DNA of 64,000 bases, taken from Malacoraja senta (taxonomy: Eukaryota). Made by a program: the position numbers and the translations under genes. Below the pieces are notes generated by a model. It saw only the letters and a program-made list of their open reading frames with translations. It did not search any database and was not told the DNA's origin. The DNA lies in the NCBI GenBank assembly GCA_038087875.1, contig CM075987.1, positions 23,872,001-23,936,000 of the forward strand. Direction: 5' to 3'. This document shows, in pieces, positions 1 to 13,354 of this stretch (its first letter is position 1; the number at the start of each line of letters is the position of its first letter).

Positions 1-400
1 CTCCTCTTCCCAGCTCTCCCACAGCCCACTGTCTCCGCCTCTTCCTTTCTTCTTCCCGCCACCCCCCCGCCCCCCCATCCCCTCATCAGCCCGAAGAAGG
101 GTCCCGACCCGAAACATCACCCATTCCTTTGCTCCGTAGATGCTGCCTCAACCGCTGAGTTTCTCCATCATTTTTGTCTAACTTCTGGAGAAGAACTCAT
201 CACTCAAACTGCCCCCCAAACCCCAATGTTGGGCAGACCCGATGGGCCGAATGGCCTAATTCTACTCCTATGTCTTATGAACCCTTCAATGACTATTAAC
301 CTCCATATCACACACTATCCTGCATTGTAATCCTAATCACCACTCTTTGCTGCTACGTTTGAAATTCTCTAACCCAGCCTCACTGTAGAAATAACTTTGG

Positions 401-703
401 TTGGCGCAGTGGTAGTGTTGCTGCCTTACAGCGCTTACAGCGCCAGAGACCCGGGTTCGATCCGGGTTCACTACGGGTGCTGTCTGTATGGAGATTGTAC
501 GTTCTCCCCGTGACAGCATGGGGTTTTCTCCAAAATCTACGGTTGCCTCCCACACTCCAAAGACGCACAGGTTTGTAGGTTAATTGGCTTGGTATAAGTG
601 TAAATCGTCCCTAGCATGTGTAGGATAGTGTTAGTTTGCGGGGATCGCTGGTCAGCATGGACTCGGTGGGCCGAAGGGCCTGTTTCCGCGCTGTATCTCT
701 AAA
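401..703 (+). mobile_element. tRNA-derived V-SINE (HE1-like)
   Basis: A box TGGCGCAGTGG, B box GGTTCGATCC, V-domain, CR1-like tail. Confidence 0.85.
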
Positions 704-849
704 CGAATCTTTGCCTGAAAGACCACAGTGGTTCACTCAACTCCATGTTCCCAAAGACTGGAACCAACAGGAACTGTGACTTTTCCAGCGACAAGCATGA
801 ATGTCAGCATAGTTTAACAGTACCGAAGGATATAGTCCAGCGTTGGAAC

Positions 850-1330
850 TGGAACTGCAGATGCTGGTTTACACTGAAGATAGACTTAAAATGCTGGAGT
901 AACTCAGCGGGACAGGCAGCGTCTCTGGAGGAAAGGAATAGGTGACGCTTCGGGACGAGACCCATCTTCAGACTGAGAGTCAGGGAGGGGGAAACTAGAG
1001 GTATGGGAAGGTACACAACAAATCAGTGACTCAGGAAAGGTGGAGCCCACAATGGTCCATTGTTGGCTCTGGACGAGGGGACAACGAAGGAATACAAACG
1101 GTGAAATTAGCAAGAGCATTAGGGTGGAGAAGGGACGGAGAGAGAGAGAGGGAAAGCAAGGGTTACTTGAAGTTAGAGAAATTCAACATTCATGCCGCCA
1201 GGTTGTAAGCTGCCAAAGTGAAATATGAAGTGATGTTTCCTCCAATTTGCGTGTGGCCTCACTCTGACAGCGGAGGTGGTGGAGGAGGCTCATGGCAGAA
1301 AGGTTAGTGTGGCAGTAGGAAGGGGAGTTA
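850..1330 (-). mobile_element. Penelope-like 3' fragment
   Basis: Terminal repeat plus decayed GIY-YIG C-terminus, similar to 60003-60485. Confidence 0.7.
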
Positions 1331-1521
1331 CAATGTGAACTAGAAGCATAGCCTGTGTGGGAAGGAACTGGTTTACACCGAAGATAGACACAAAATGCTG
1401 GAGTAGCTCAGCGGGGAAGGCAGCGTCTCTGGAGAGAAGGAATGGGTGACTGAAGAAGGGTTTCGACCCGAAACGCCACCCATTCCTTCTCTCCAGTGAT
1501 GCTGGCTGCCCCGCTGAGTTA

Positions 1522-1853
1522 AGGCCCTGTCCCACTTTCCCGAGTTACTCACAAACTCTCCCGGGTTTTCCCCTTGATTCGATCGCGGGGAACGTCGGGT
1601 AATGTCGGTAGCGAGCTCGTAGGAGCCCGATGGAGCCCGTAGTTGTTTCGTAGCGGCTCGTAATGCCAGCCGTAGGAACTCGGGGCATCAGGTAAGTCGG
1701 GACGTTTTTTTCAACATGTTGAAAAATGTCCACGAGTTTAAAAAAAATAGCCCCGAGTACCTACGAATGGCTATTACCGTAATTCTCCGAGTTCGAATCA
1801 AGGGGAAAACTCGGGAGAGTTTGTGAGTAACTTGGGAAAGTGGGACAGGCCCT
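1522..1853. mobile_element. PIF/Harbinger-type MITE (subfamily A)
   Basis: Long TIRs beginning AGGCCCTGTCCCACTTTCCC; 3-bp TTA TSD; splits a Penelope terminus. Confidence 0.85.
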
Positions 1854-1960
1854 TTACTCTGGCATTTTGTGACTTATCTTAGAAGCACAGTCTTACGGGC
1901 ATTTGGAATCCACTCCTTCACCCGATTAGAACACAGCCCTACCGAGGTCTCTCTACTCAC

Positions 1961-2120
1961 CGGGACTCTCACTCCGGAAGAGTTGATGCAGTGCATTGAG
2001 ATGGGAGCAGAATCATACAACGCCTTCAGCACTCGGCGACTCAGGGGGTCCCAGGTCACCGCGTTGTACTGTTGTGTTACAGGCACTTGGGGACAGGTGC
2101 AGATACTGCCATCATCCACC
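1961..2120 (-). CDS. DBH: DBH exon 11
   Basis: 160 nt, ag/gt; VDDGSICTCPQVPVTQQYNAVTWDPLSRRVLKALYDSAPISMHCINSSGVRVP. Confidence 0.93.
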
Positions 2121-2768
2121 CTTGAAGGAAAACAAAAATCAGTAGTTAGATCTTACTGGTCATTTGTCCTGGATAGAGTGGATGTGGAGAGGATGTTTCC
2201 ACTAGTGGGAGAATCTAGGACCAGAGGTCACTGCCTCAGAATTAAAGGACGTTCCATTGGGAAGGAGATGAGGAGGAATTTCTTTAGTCAGAATGTGGTG
2301 AATCTGTGGAATTCATTGCCATAGAAGGTTGTGGAGGCCGTCAATGGGTATTTGTAAGGCGGAGATAGATAGATTCTTGATTAGTACGGGCGTCAGGGGT
2401 TATGGGGAGAAGGCAGGAGAATAGGGTTGAGAGGGAAAGATAGATCAGCCATGTGGAGTAGACTTGATGGGCCGAATGGCCTAATTCTGCTCCTGTCACA
2501 TATGAATTTATGAACTGTACACAATATTCCAGCTATGACCTAAGCAATATTTTCTAAATTTGTACCGTTCTCTCATCCCAAAAAAGTACGAAACGCCTCG
2601 TCTCCTGAAAAAAAGTGGGATACCTCTTGTTGTGTGAAGGATGGGTTACGTCTCGTGATATTTCTCCTAATATTTTTTGCAGACTGTCAGGTTCTGATCC
2701 TGGACCATGTGCTGTGTGAGTATTTTGCTGAAAAACGAACATTCAGTAAGAATGAAGATTATTGTTAC

Positions 2769-2896
2769 CTGTTGATGAAGGCGAAATATTTCTGCAGGTA
2801 ACCGAGATCCATTGTACTCTTGCACAACTCCAGCTGCGTCAGGGGGTAGTAGTGCAAGTAGTTCACACACATTTCTTCGCTGATTCCGAGTCCTCC
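2769..2896 (-). CDS. DBH: DBH exon 10 (EEMC copper-ligand Met)
   Basis: 128 nt, ag/gt; GGLGISEEMCVNYLHYYPLTQLELCKSTMDLGYLQKYFAFIN(R). Confidence 0.95.
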
Positions 2897-2954
2897 CTGT
2901 GCACAAAGAATCTGGTGACGGTCAAGCAGCCGACTCTTAACCCATCACACCATA

Positions 2955-3475
2955 TCTGAGGTAGGATGTGCTGGCTCTGGAGAGGGTCCAGAGGAGGTTT
3001 ACAAGAATGATCCCAGGAATGAGTGGGTTAGCATATGATGAGCGTTTGACTGCACTGGGCCTGTACTCGCTGGAGTTTATGAGGTTGAGGGGGGGGACCT
3101 CATTGAAACTTTACAGAATAATGAAAGGCATAGATAGAGTGGATGTGGAGAGGATGTTTCCACTGGCAGGAGAGTCCAGGACCAGAGGTCATGATTAGGC
3201 TCAGAATTAAAGGGTGCTTCTTTCAGAAAGGAGGTGAGGAGGAACTTCTTTAGTCAGAGGGTAGTTAAAGAGTGGAACATTGCCACAGAGGGCGGTGGAG
3301 GCCAAGTCAGTGGATATTTTTAAGGCAGAAATAGAAAAGTTCTTGATTGAAACGGGTGTCAAGAGTTATGGGGCGAAGGCAGGAAAATGGGATTAGGAGG
3401 CAGAGATCAGCCGTGATTGAATGGCGGAGTAGACTCGATGGGCCGAATGGCCTAATTATACTCCTATAACTTGTG
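2955..3475 (+). mobile_element. CR1/HER1-like LINE 3' fragment
   Basis: LERVQRRFTRMIPG...LGLYSLE...RTRGH and the conserved 3' tail. Similar fragments at about 2170-2515, 4525-4915, 12083-12415(-), 13690-14430, 16298-16645(-), 22852-23120, 33850-34243, 34710-35010(-), 37464-37740, 38393-39135, 43520-43830(-), 53650-54300(-) and 60488-60787. Confidence 0.88.
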
Positions 3476-5290
3476 AACACCATCAATTCCCCATGAATTT
3501 GAATAAAAATTTGAATAGATTTTATTAGACACATACAAGGAATTTGCCTGGGTGCTTTGGTCGCAAGTAACAACACGATATGCAGTAGACGGAGGAAGTC
3601 AGGTGTTCGGGGCAGGTTGGCAGAGAAATGTGGGTCAGGATATGGCCAGGAAGTGATCTTGATCTTGTGCTAGTTACAAATCCCCTCATCACTGAGTACA
3701 ACTGTGGGTTCACAACAGAATATCAGTGGCAGAAGAGATTGATCTCAGTATTCATACATCTGCGACATAGCCTGACTTTCAAGGAATGGGCCACAGGAGG
3801 AGGTTATTTGACCCTTGTTGCCCATGGTGTTTCGTTCAAGGCATTTTCTTTCCTCAGCCATTTATCCATTTTATCTTTAATTATCTTTAATTTAAGAATA
3901 AGGAGTAAGCCATTTAGAGCGGAGAAGAGGAAACAATACAATACTGAGAACTATATTCTGCACTCTGTATTCTCCCTCTTTGCTCTATCTATTATACTTG
4001 GGTTTGACGATTGTGTTCATCTATGATATATCTGATCCGTTTGGATAGCATGCAAAATAATCAGGGGTCAGGGGTTATGGGGAGAAGGCAGGGGAATGGG
4101 GTTGAGAGGGAAAGATCGATCACCCATGGTTGAATGTCGGAGTAGACTTGATGGGCCGAATGGCCTAATTCTGCTCCTATAACTTATGAACATGAATCAG
4201 TGCCAACTGGAATGAATTCCTGGGCAGGCCCCTCTTTGGTAAATTGCAGTGTTTGTAATAATTTATCCTTCATCTCGCTGTCAGAATTATGTTGTGACAG
4301 GAGTGCAACAGCTGTTGAATTTTGGAATTAGCCCAGATTCCCTCGTTTTACTGACCTAACCCCTCTCCCCTTCCCCCCCCTCCCCAATCACGTAGTGACA
4401 AGCGATCTAAATCATAGATCCACCCACCCCTACTGCCTCTGTTGGGATTAGCTGGGTATCGCACCAGGTTCAAGAATAGCTTCATCTCACAACACCACAC
4501 GAACCTCAACTATGAAATATCATGAAACTGATTGAAACATACAAGATTGTTAAGGTGTTTGGACACGCTGGAGGCAGGAAACATGTTCCCGATGTTGGGA
4601 GAGTCCAGAACCAGGGGCCACACAGTTTAAGAATAAGGAGTAAGCCATTTAGAACGGAGATGAGGAATCACTTTTTCTCACAGAGCGTGGTGATTCTGTG
4701 GAATTCTCTGCCTCAGAGGGCGGTGGAGGCAGGTTCTCTGGATGCTTTCAAGAGAAAGCTAGATAGGGCTCTTTAAAATAGCGGAGTTAGGGGATATGGG
4801 GAGAAGGCAGGAACGGGGTACTGATTGGGGATGATCAGCCATGATCACATTGAATGGTGGTGCTGGCTCGAACGGCCAAATGGCCTACTCCTGCACCTAT
4901 TGTCTATTGTCTATTATCCTATCAAAGCTCCCGAGATGGCGAACACTTCCATTAAATGTCTCCACCCTCCCCTGCTGTCAGAAGAATATTTCTGGCTTCT
5001 CCAGAAAGCTGCATTCCCTCATTCTATTATTCATCTCTGTATCGTTTTATGGGGCTTTAGATGCAAGATATAAGAAGCAGAGCGCGTTCAGTCTGTTCAG
5101 CAAGATCTACCATCTTGTGGGTAGGAAGGAACTGCAGATGCTGGTTTAAATCGAAGATAGACACAAAATGCTGGAGTAACTCAGCGGGACAGGCAGCATC
5201 TCTTGAGCCAGTGATGCTGCCTGTCCCGCTGAGTTACTCCTGCATTTTGTGTCCACCTACCATCTCATGTTCTGGGTCTCAAGTACCTAC

Positions 5291-5350
5291 CACAGTCGCA
5301 TAGCTCCGGCCTTCTGTGTTGTACGTGCAGGACGTTATCAGAACATCACC
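5291..5350 (-). CDS. DBH: DBH exon 9
   Basis: 60 nt, ag/gt; GDVLITSCTYNTEGRSYATV. Confidence 0.93.
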
Positions 5351-6535
5351 CTGTTCACAAAAAAAACACACGGAGTGAGCCCATTTTGTAAACAAAAGAC
5401 TTAGTCTTAGTTTGGTTTGGTCTGAGAGAAACAGGCCCTTCGGCCCACCCACCGGGTCTGCGCCAACCAGAGATCCCCGCACACTAACGCTATCCTACAC
5501 ACCACAGGGACAATTTAAATGTTTTACCAAAGCCAATTAACATACAAACCCGTACGTCTTTGGAGTGTGGGAGGAAACTGGGGCACCTGGAGAAAACCCA
5601 CACGGTCACGGGGAGAACGTACAAACTCTGTACAGACAGTGCCTGTAGTCAGGATCGAACTGTAAATGCCTACTATGTTCTGTTGTGCTGAAGCAAAGCA
5701 AGAATTTCATTGTCCTATCAGGGACACATGACAATAAACTCACTTGACTTGACTTGACTTGAACCTGCGTCTCTGACACAGGTCAAAAGAATTCTTTGAA
5801 ACGTTAGAGTAGGAGAGGCTGTTGTTTGTGTAAAGAGCTATGCTTAGTTTTGTTAATCCATACAGTGAAAATATTTTTTTTTACATGCTATCCAGTCAGT
5901 GGAAAGATTACATGATTACAATCAAGCCGTCCATAGTGTACGGTTACAGGATAAAAGGAATACCGTTTAGTGCAGTAAAGTCCGATTAAAGATAGTTTGT
6001 GGGTCTCCAATAAGGAGATGGTCGGTCAGGACAGCTCTCTAGTTGGCGACAGGATGGTTCAGTTGCCTGGTAACAGTTGGGAAGAAACTGTCCCTGGATC
6101 TGGAGGTGTGCGTTTTCAAACTTCTGTACCTCTTGCCTGATGGGAGAGGGGAGAAGAGGGAGTGACTGGGGTGAGAATCGTCCTTGATTATGCTGCTGGC
6201 CTTGCCCGAGCAATGCGAAGTGTAGATGGAGTCGATGGTTGGTGTGTAGAGGACTGGTTTGCTGATGGTGAACTCACTAGGCCAGTGGGTAAAGTACAAG
6301 ACTGGTGTTTGTTAAAGAGCAGGTTCGTGACTGCAATAAATAGAGATCAGGCTTGTTCTGTGCAATGTGAATGGCTCGATTGTAATCATGTGTTGTCTTT
6401 CCGCTGACTGGTTAGCACGTGACAAAAGCTTTTCATTGTACCTCGGTACACGTGACAATAAACTAAACTAAACTAATAACAGCACAGGAACAGGCCCTTC
6501 AGCGCAATGTTTGTGCCGAACATCTTGGCAGGTTA

Positions 6536-6853
6536 AGGCCCTGTCCCACTTTCCCGAGTTACTCACGAACTCTCCCGAGTTTTCCCCTTGATCCGAACTT
6601 GGAGAATTACGGTAATAGACGTTCGTCGGTACTTGGGGCTGTTTTTTAAAACTCGTGGACATTTTTGAACGTTGAAAAAACGTCCCGACTTACCTGATGC
6701 CCCGAGTTCCTACGGCTGGCATAACGAGCCGCTACGAAACATCCACGGACTCCTACGAGCTCGCTACCGACATTCCCCGACATTCCCCGAGTTCGAATCA
6801 AGGGGAAAACTCGGGAGAGTTCGTGAGTAACTCGGGAAAGTGGGACAGGGCCT
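6536..6853. mobile_element. PIF/Harbinger-type MITE (subfamily A)
   Basis: Same TIRs, TTA TSD. Confidence 0.85.
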
Positions 6854-6943
6854 TTAGACTAATTACCTGCACGTGATCTAAAACTCTCCAGTCTCTGCAC
6901 TAAACACTGGGCTCCCACACTGTAATCCACACACTCTATGGGA

Positions 6944-6976
<33 letters not shown>

Positions 6977-7454
6977 ACTTTATTACAGACTCAAGGTCCA
7001 GATAAAAGACGACATTACATAGAATACATTGCATATAAAAACACAATGAATTACATAGAAACTTAGAAACATAGGTGCAGGAGGAGGCCATTCGGCCCTT
7101 CGAGCCAGCACCACCATTCATTGCGATCATGGCTGATCGTCCCCTATCAATAACCCGTGCCTGCCTTCTCCCCATATCCCTTGATTCCACTAGCCCCTAA
7201 TTACATATAAAAGTTTAATAAATTACTTATAAATTATATACAAAAACACAATACATGGTTTAAGATCCAGAATAACAAAAAGATCAGTGTACTACAACTA
7301 GACAACGATACCAATGTCTCCACAGCAGGGATTGGTAGCATGATGTGCTAAACCTTATGTTTGATAAGACCAAGATGATTTCATTTTCAGAGTCATTAAT
7401 CCGGCAAATAAATTTACACATAAGATTTCTTAGGATAGCTTGTAAAGTACTCAC

Positions 7455-7493
7455 AGGTAACACGGTGATCTCCTTCTGTAGCATACGGATTTC
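7455..7493 (-). CDS. DBH: DBH exon 8
   Basis: 39 nt, ag/gt; EIRMLQKEITVLP. Confidence 0.9.
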
Positions 7494-8476
7494 CTATAAA
7501 AAGCAAAAAAGCCACCTCAATATTTGTTCTTTTCATGATGTGAGGAGTATCGCAGAGATTACTGCATTTACATGAATACATTACCAGAAGATCGACACAA
7601 AATGCTGGAGTAACTCAGCTGAGAGGGGCAGCATCTCCGGAGAGAAGGAATGGGTAATGTTTCAGTTCGAGACCCTTCTTCAGACGGGACAGAGTTACTC
7701 CAGCATTTTGTGACTTTCTTTGGTTTAAACCAGCATCTGCAGTTCCTTCCCACACAAAACATGACCAGTGCCACACTCTGTAACCCAATTGTCTTTCTGA
7801 TTCATGGGGGGGGGGGGATGCATGTCAAGGTGGGTCTGGGAGGAAATAATTATGTTGTAACCATGGACAATAACAAATGGGTCCTTTCTCCAGTTCCTAC
7901 TGACCTGGGGACTTGTTTAACCAAAGTCCATCACAGACAACAGGATAACCTATCCCATCATTTTCCGTGCTAGGATGTATTCGATATTGTTCTTTAGTTG
8001 TTTATAAACCTATACGTCTTTGGAGTGTGGGAGGAAACCGAAGCTCCTGGAGAAATCCCACGTGGTCCCTGGGAGAGCCAACTATTGATCGATGGTTGGC
8101 ATGGGTTGGCTGAAGAGTTTGTCTCCATGCCAACCATCGACCACCAGTTCACACAAGGTTCTATGTTATTCCACTTTCTCATCCACTCCCTACACACTAG
8201 TGGCAATGTTTTTTAACACAAGCCAATTAGCCTACAAACCCGCATGCCTTTGGGATGTGGCAGGAAGCCTGGGTACCAGGAGGAAACCCACGTGGTCACA
8301 GCGAGAATGCGCAAACTCCACACAGACAGCAGCCGAGGTCAGCCTCGAACTTGGGTCTCTGGCGCTGTGAGGCAGCAGCTCTGTGCCCACTCAGACTGAA
8401 GAAGGGTCTCTACCCATTTTCTCCAGAGATGCTGCCTGACCCGTTGAGTTACACCAGCACTTTGTGTCTATCTTTT

Positions 8477-8925
8477 TTTTTTTTTTGAAAATATTTTTTA
8501 TTGGAGATAAGTACATAACCTATTAACATCATTACAGTCTTACATTTTTAAATTGATAATATTATCAATTATTATTACATTGTCTCCAATACCTTTTGCC
8601 TTTTTTAAAATTTTTAAACTAGATAGAACTAAAAAGATAGATGAAGTAAAGAAAGAAAAGAGAGAGAAGAAAAAGAGAAAAAAAAAAAAAAAAAAAAAAC
8701 CAAAACAAAAGAGAAAGATAGTTAAAGAAGAATGGAAAAATTTATTAAAATAAAAAACTTAATTCGAGATATATTCGTACATTTCAGAATATAGCATTTC
8801 ATCCATTCTTTAGCCCGAGCATTAGTCAGGTTCCCGTGCTGACCCATTCTGACCCTTTAAATAATCAATAAAGGGAGACCATGTTCCAACGAATAATTCC
8901 TGTTTGTCCAACAGGGAAAATCTGA
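8477..8925 (-). mobile_element. L1 3' end, inserted in a Penelope terminus
   Basis: Poly(T) on the plus strand, pyrimidine-rich 3' UTR, TSD TTTGTGTCTATCTTTT (8461-8476 / 8926-8941). Confidence 0.75.
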
Positions 8926-9201
8926 TTTGTGTCTATCTTTTGTCATTAACCAGCATCTGCAGTTCCTTTTCATTACATTTGATTTATTTTTATTTGGTTA
9001 GGGAGGGTATTAAAGGTTATGGGAGCATGAGAATAAATGAACTTGAGATTGGAAATGATTTGATTGAAGAATAAAGAGATTCAATGGGATGAATGGCCTC
9101 CCATTGGCTTTGTGTGCAGTCGGTAAAGAAATAAGATCGATATGAAGTGTTTGATTGAGGTTGTTTGTGAGAATGGGTTCTGGCCGCCCAGCAAACAGTA
9201 C

Positions 9202-9345
9202 CTGAAAGTGAGTGCTGAAATGTTCATCAGCATTGACTATGTCCACCTCAACCCCATCCTTGACAAGGACAGTCTTCACCTTCATGCCAGCAAGGTGAGT
9301 GTGGAGCTGTGAGGCAAAGATCTGGATCCCAGACCGAGGCAGCGT
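9202..9345 (-). CDS. DBH: DBH exon 7 (copper-binding HTH motif)
   Basis: 144 nt, ag/gt; TLPRSGIQIFASQLHTHLAGMKVKTVLVKDGVEVDIVNADEHFSTHFQ. Confidence 0.95.
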
Positions 9346-10114
9346 CTAGAATCAAAAACACCACTGAAATCACCACGAATCCCTCGCCCACAGTGTATGC
9401 ACGGTCTACCAACACCTTACAGCACAAGAACAGGCCATTCGGCCCACAACGTCTGGTCCCAACATGATGCCAAGACCATCACTTATCTACCGGCACATAT
9501 TCCATATCATAGAGTCATAGAATCATACGGCGTGGAAACAGGTCCTTCGGCACATCTTTCCCATGCCGGCCAACATGTCCCACCTGCCCGCGTTTGGCCC
9601 ATATCCCTCCATTCCCTGCGTATCCATATGCTGATCCAAAAGTTTTAAAATGCCACTAATGTCTATTGCAGCATCTTCCCCGCACCCCCCTCTTCCCCCC
9701 TCCCTTCCCCCCTCCCTTCCCCACACCTCTAGCCCTTCCTGCCCCGATACTTACCCTGGCCCTTTATGAATGATATTCAATTGTCACACGGTGACAAGTC
9801 TCAGTGATATTCTTGGTTTTGCATTCCCGAGGTATGCAAATAGTCGCCATGTAAAGTGCGCTGACAAACGTTTCAAGTATCCCATTTTAACACAAACCAT
9901 TTTTCATTGACACATTCCATTTGTGGTTCCCCCTTACTTCTCAGCGGTTCCCCCCCCCTCCCCCACGCCCAACTTGCAGCATCTTCCCCGCAACCCCCAC
10001 TTCCCCCTCCATTCCCCCATTGCTCGCTCCCCTCTGGAACCACCCTTGGCCTTCAGACCTCGCGGCCTGCATCGGTGTGTCACTGGTTTGTTTTTGCCAA
10101 GAGAGTTCGCTCAC

Positions 10115-10281
10115 GTGCTCGGTGCACTTTGCCGTGCAGTATCCGGTGAGCACGAAGCTGGGCTCGGCCGGTGGGATGGCCATGATGGGAGTGTACACCA
10201 GACCCAGCTCCATGATGCCTGCGTTGAATTTTCTTAAGGTGGGTATGTACAGCAGGCGAATCCCAGAGTGATCCAAGCGTC
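10115..10281 (-). CDS. DBH: DBH exon 6
   Basis: 167 nt, ag/gt; (G)RLDHSGIRLLYIPTLRKFNAGIMELGLVYTPIMAIPPAEPSFVLTGYCTAKCTEH. Confidence 0.95.
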
Positions 10282-11011
10282 CTGCAGATGGGAAAAGCTT
10301 GAATTAACAACAGTGTTAGGTCCACAATATATTACACTGGGCAACGCTAGACTTAAATCAGATAACACTGCAGCTAAAGGAAGCTTTAGTTAAGTAAGTA
10401 GGGTTATGCTGGGACTAAATCAGCCTCCACAGGGTTATGTTGGAAGGAACTGCACATGCTGGTTTATAGCGAAGATAGACACAAAATGCTAGAGTAACTC
10501 AGTGGGTCAGGCAGCATCTCTGGAGAGAAGGAATAGATGATTCCTATTCTTTTTCTCCAGGGATGCTGGCTGACCCACTGAGTTACTCCAGCATTTTGTG
10601 TCTACCCACAGAGTTGTACTGGGACTAACACAAATTGTACAGGATTATACTGACGTTGTATCTGACTGGACAGAATTATAGACTACACCAGATAATACAT
10701 GATTATAATGAGCCTATTTAAACTCTACCATGTTACATTGGGTTTAACCCATGCCGCCGAGGTTTACACTGGTGTTCAATCAGATTGTACACAGTTAGAC
10801 TGTCTTTCATGGGCATGCACGTTGATCTCCAAAATGGCCGATGACACCGAGCCATCTACAAAATCTGATGGTCCGCAAGCCTGCGAACATCCATACCCGA
10901 GGCCCTCATTTCCACCCTGCACCTCAATGTTGCATCTCCATTAGCTTCTGTGCTTACAGAATGAGGCAAGATCCCACTAACAGCGTTGCCTGTCAAGACC
11001 CCAACGGGTTG

Positions 11012-11211
11012 NNNNNNNNNNNNNNNNNNNNNNNNNNNNNNNNNNNNNNNNNNNNNNNNNNNNNNNNNNNNNNNNNNNNNNNNNNNNNNNNNNNNNNNNN
11101 NNNNNNNNNNNNNNNNNNNNNNNNNNNNNNNNNNNNNNNNNNNNNNNNNNNNNNNNNNNNNNNNNNNNNNNNNNNNNNNNNNNNNNNNNNNNNNNNNNNN
11201 NNNNNNNNNNN
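11012..11211. other. Assembly gap (200 N)
   Basis: Run of N. Confidence 1.
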
Positions 11212-11554
11212 AGTTGCTGCCTTACAGCGCCAGAGACCCAGGTTCGATCCTGACTACGGATGTTGTCAGCACGGAGTTTGTACGTTCTCCCCGTGACCGC
11301 GTGGGCTTTCTCCGAGTGCTCTGGTTTCCTCCCACATTCCAAAGACGTACAAGTTTGTTGGCTACTTGCCTTCTGTACATTGTCCCTAGTGTGCAGGATA
11401 GAATTAGTGTACGGTGTGATAGTTGGTCAGTGCGCACTCGGTGGGCTGAAGGGCCTGTTTCCACACTGTATCAATGAACTAAACCAAACTAAACTAAAAG
11501 GGCATCATCCAGCACTCAGCAACTTACTCAGCAGAGACCAAAGGCCCCACTTAC

Positions 11555-11701
11555 ATCAATGACATAGTCTCTCTTGTCACAAGTGTTGAAGAGCCTCTTG
11601 AAGGTGAGATAAAATCCTTGCTTAGATTGGTGAGCATCAATCAGCTGGTAATCCTGCTGTGTGTCTAAGTGGATCTGTGCCTGTTGATCAGTCCAGGCGT
11701 C
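11555..11701 (-). CDS. DBH: DBH exon 2
   Basis: 147 nt bounded by ag/gt; DAWTDQQAQIHLDTQQDYQLIDAHQSKQGFYLTFKRLFNTCDKRDYVID. Confidence 0.95.
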
Positions 11702-12981
11702 CTAATGAAACAGAAACAAAATGAAGATCAAACAAGTAACACAGCCACACTTTCCCTCAGGGGGACCTGCCGCAGAGAGATACCTTGCTTTGATGCCTAA
11801 CTATTTTAATAGAATCTAGTTTGTAATGAGGTGTGACTGATCTCTCTGTTAAACCATTTCCCTCTCTGATATAGGATTGAACACAGTAACAAACGCAGCA
11901 CAAAACAACAGGTATTAGAATTAGAATTAGAATCAGAATTAGACATAATCCAAGCTGTTATTCATGGCTGTGAACCTGTTTATAAATTGCTTGCGTCAAT
12001 TGTTCGTGAGGATGGCAGTGGTGCTTACGTTCCACCTCTGTATGCATTGCTCAGGTGCATTGGATATTTGTGCATTGTATATAGAGTCATAGAGTCATAC
12101 AATAGGAAAACAGGCCCTTCGGCCCAACTTGCCCATACCGACCAAAGTGCCCGATCTACACTAATCCCACCTACCTGCATTTGTCCCATTTCCCTCTAAA
12201 CCTTTCCTATCCTTGTACCTGTCCAAATGTCTTTTCAATGTTGTTACAGTTTCTGCCCCAACTACCTCCCCTGGCAGCTCATTCCAAAAATCCACCACCC
12301 TCTGTGTGAAAAAGTTGCCCTTCAGATTCCTATTAAATCTTTCCCCTCTCACCTTAAACCCCTGTCCTCTGGTTCTCGATTCCCCTACTCTGGGCAAGCG
12401 TTTACCCGATCTATTCCTTCTCATAATCCATAATAAATTTAAAATCCCTCTCTCTAGCCAGTGCCAACTTCCATTTATTTGTTCCATGATGCTGGCAACC
12501 CCTCAGTTTTAACCCCTCACCTCAAACGATTGTCCTCTGGTTCTTGATTCCCCTACCCTGGCTAATAGAGTCTGGTCATCTAATCCATTTACATGTGCAC
12601 TGTATTATGTGTAGGAAGTAACTGCAGATGCTGGTTTACACGGAAGATAGACACAAAGTGCTGGAGTAATTCAGCAGGACAGGCAGCGTTCAGTCTGAAG
12701 AAGGGCGTTGACCCGAAACGTCACCCATTCGTTCTATCCAGAGAAGCTGCCTGTCTCGCTGAGTTACTCCGACATTTGGTGTCTATCTGCACTGTCTTCT
12801 GCATTTATCTGTACATGAGTGAGTGTGAGCCTTTCTATCCAGAGACATTCTAACTGTGAAGCTGGTGACCCAGCTACTACTGGTGTGAACGCAGATATCA
12901 GCGGCTGTCTTGAATGTGAGTAAGTGTGATGCTTTAGAGTGCAGAGGCTGCTGGTTTAGAAAAGGCTTATCACTGACTTAC

Positions 12982-13311
12982 CCCAAAGTAGGAGTTGTGG
13001 CCATCACTCCACAGAATGGCCAGGTCTGCGTTCCTCATGTCCCCTCGGTCAGACATCCCAAACAACATGCCAAACTTCAGCTCTGTGACGGCCAGGCAGA
13101 AATACACGGCTTGCTGGGCATAGCTGACGTTCCAGCTCAGCTTGGCCAGTCCCTGAGGGTCCAGCGGTACTTGGTAGGGGAAGGGGCTCCGCTTGGGGGC
13201 GGTGGGACTGAAGCACAGCACCAGCATCACCACGATGACCAGCAGGGTGGTCATGTAGATGGAGACGGTCTCCCGTAGCCTCATGTTGCGGCAACACTCT
13301 GCCTCCCGCAT
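12982..13311 (-). CDS. DBH: Dopamine beta-hydroxylase, coding exon 1 (signal anchor plus start of DOMON domain)
   Basis: Translates MREAECC...SPFPYQVPLDPQGLAKLSWNVSY...LFGMSDRGDMRNADLAILWSDGHNSYFG, matching the vertebrate DBH N-terminus. Ends at a gtaagt donor, phase 0. The start could be a downstream Met. Confidence 0.95.
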
Positions 13312-13354
13312 GGCCGGTGCACCTCGACTGAAGCGGGGAACCAGGACGGCTGCC

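Noticed and set aside
337..400. SYFYSEAGL resembling DBH exon 5 (AFYYPEEAGL)
   Set aside because: Wrong position in exon order, similarity does not extend, and a stop follows
401..475. tRNA gene
   Set aside because: tRNA-derived SINE head that continues into the V-domain and tail
10820..10862. Minus-strand DGSVSSAILE resembling the start of DBH exon 3
   Set aside because: Acceptor phase does not fit and there is no further similarity
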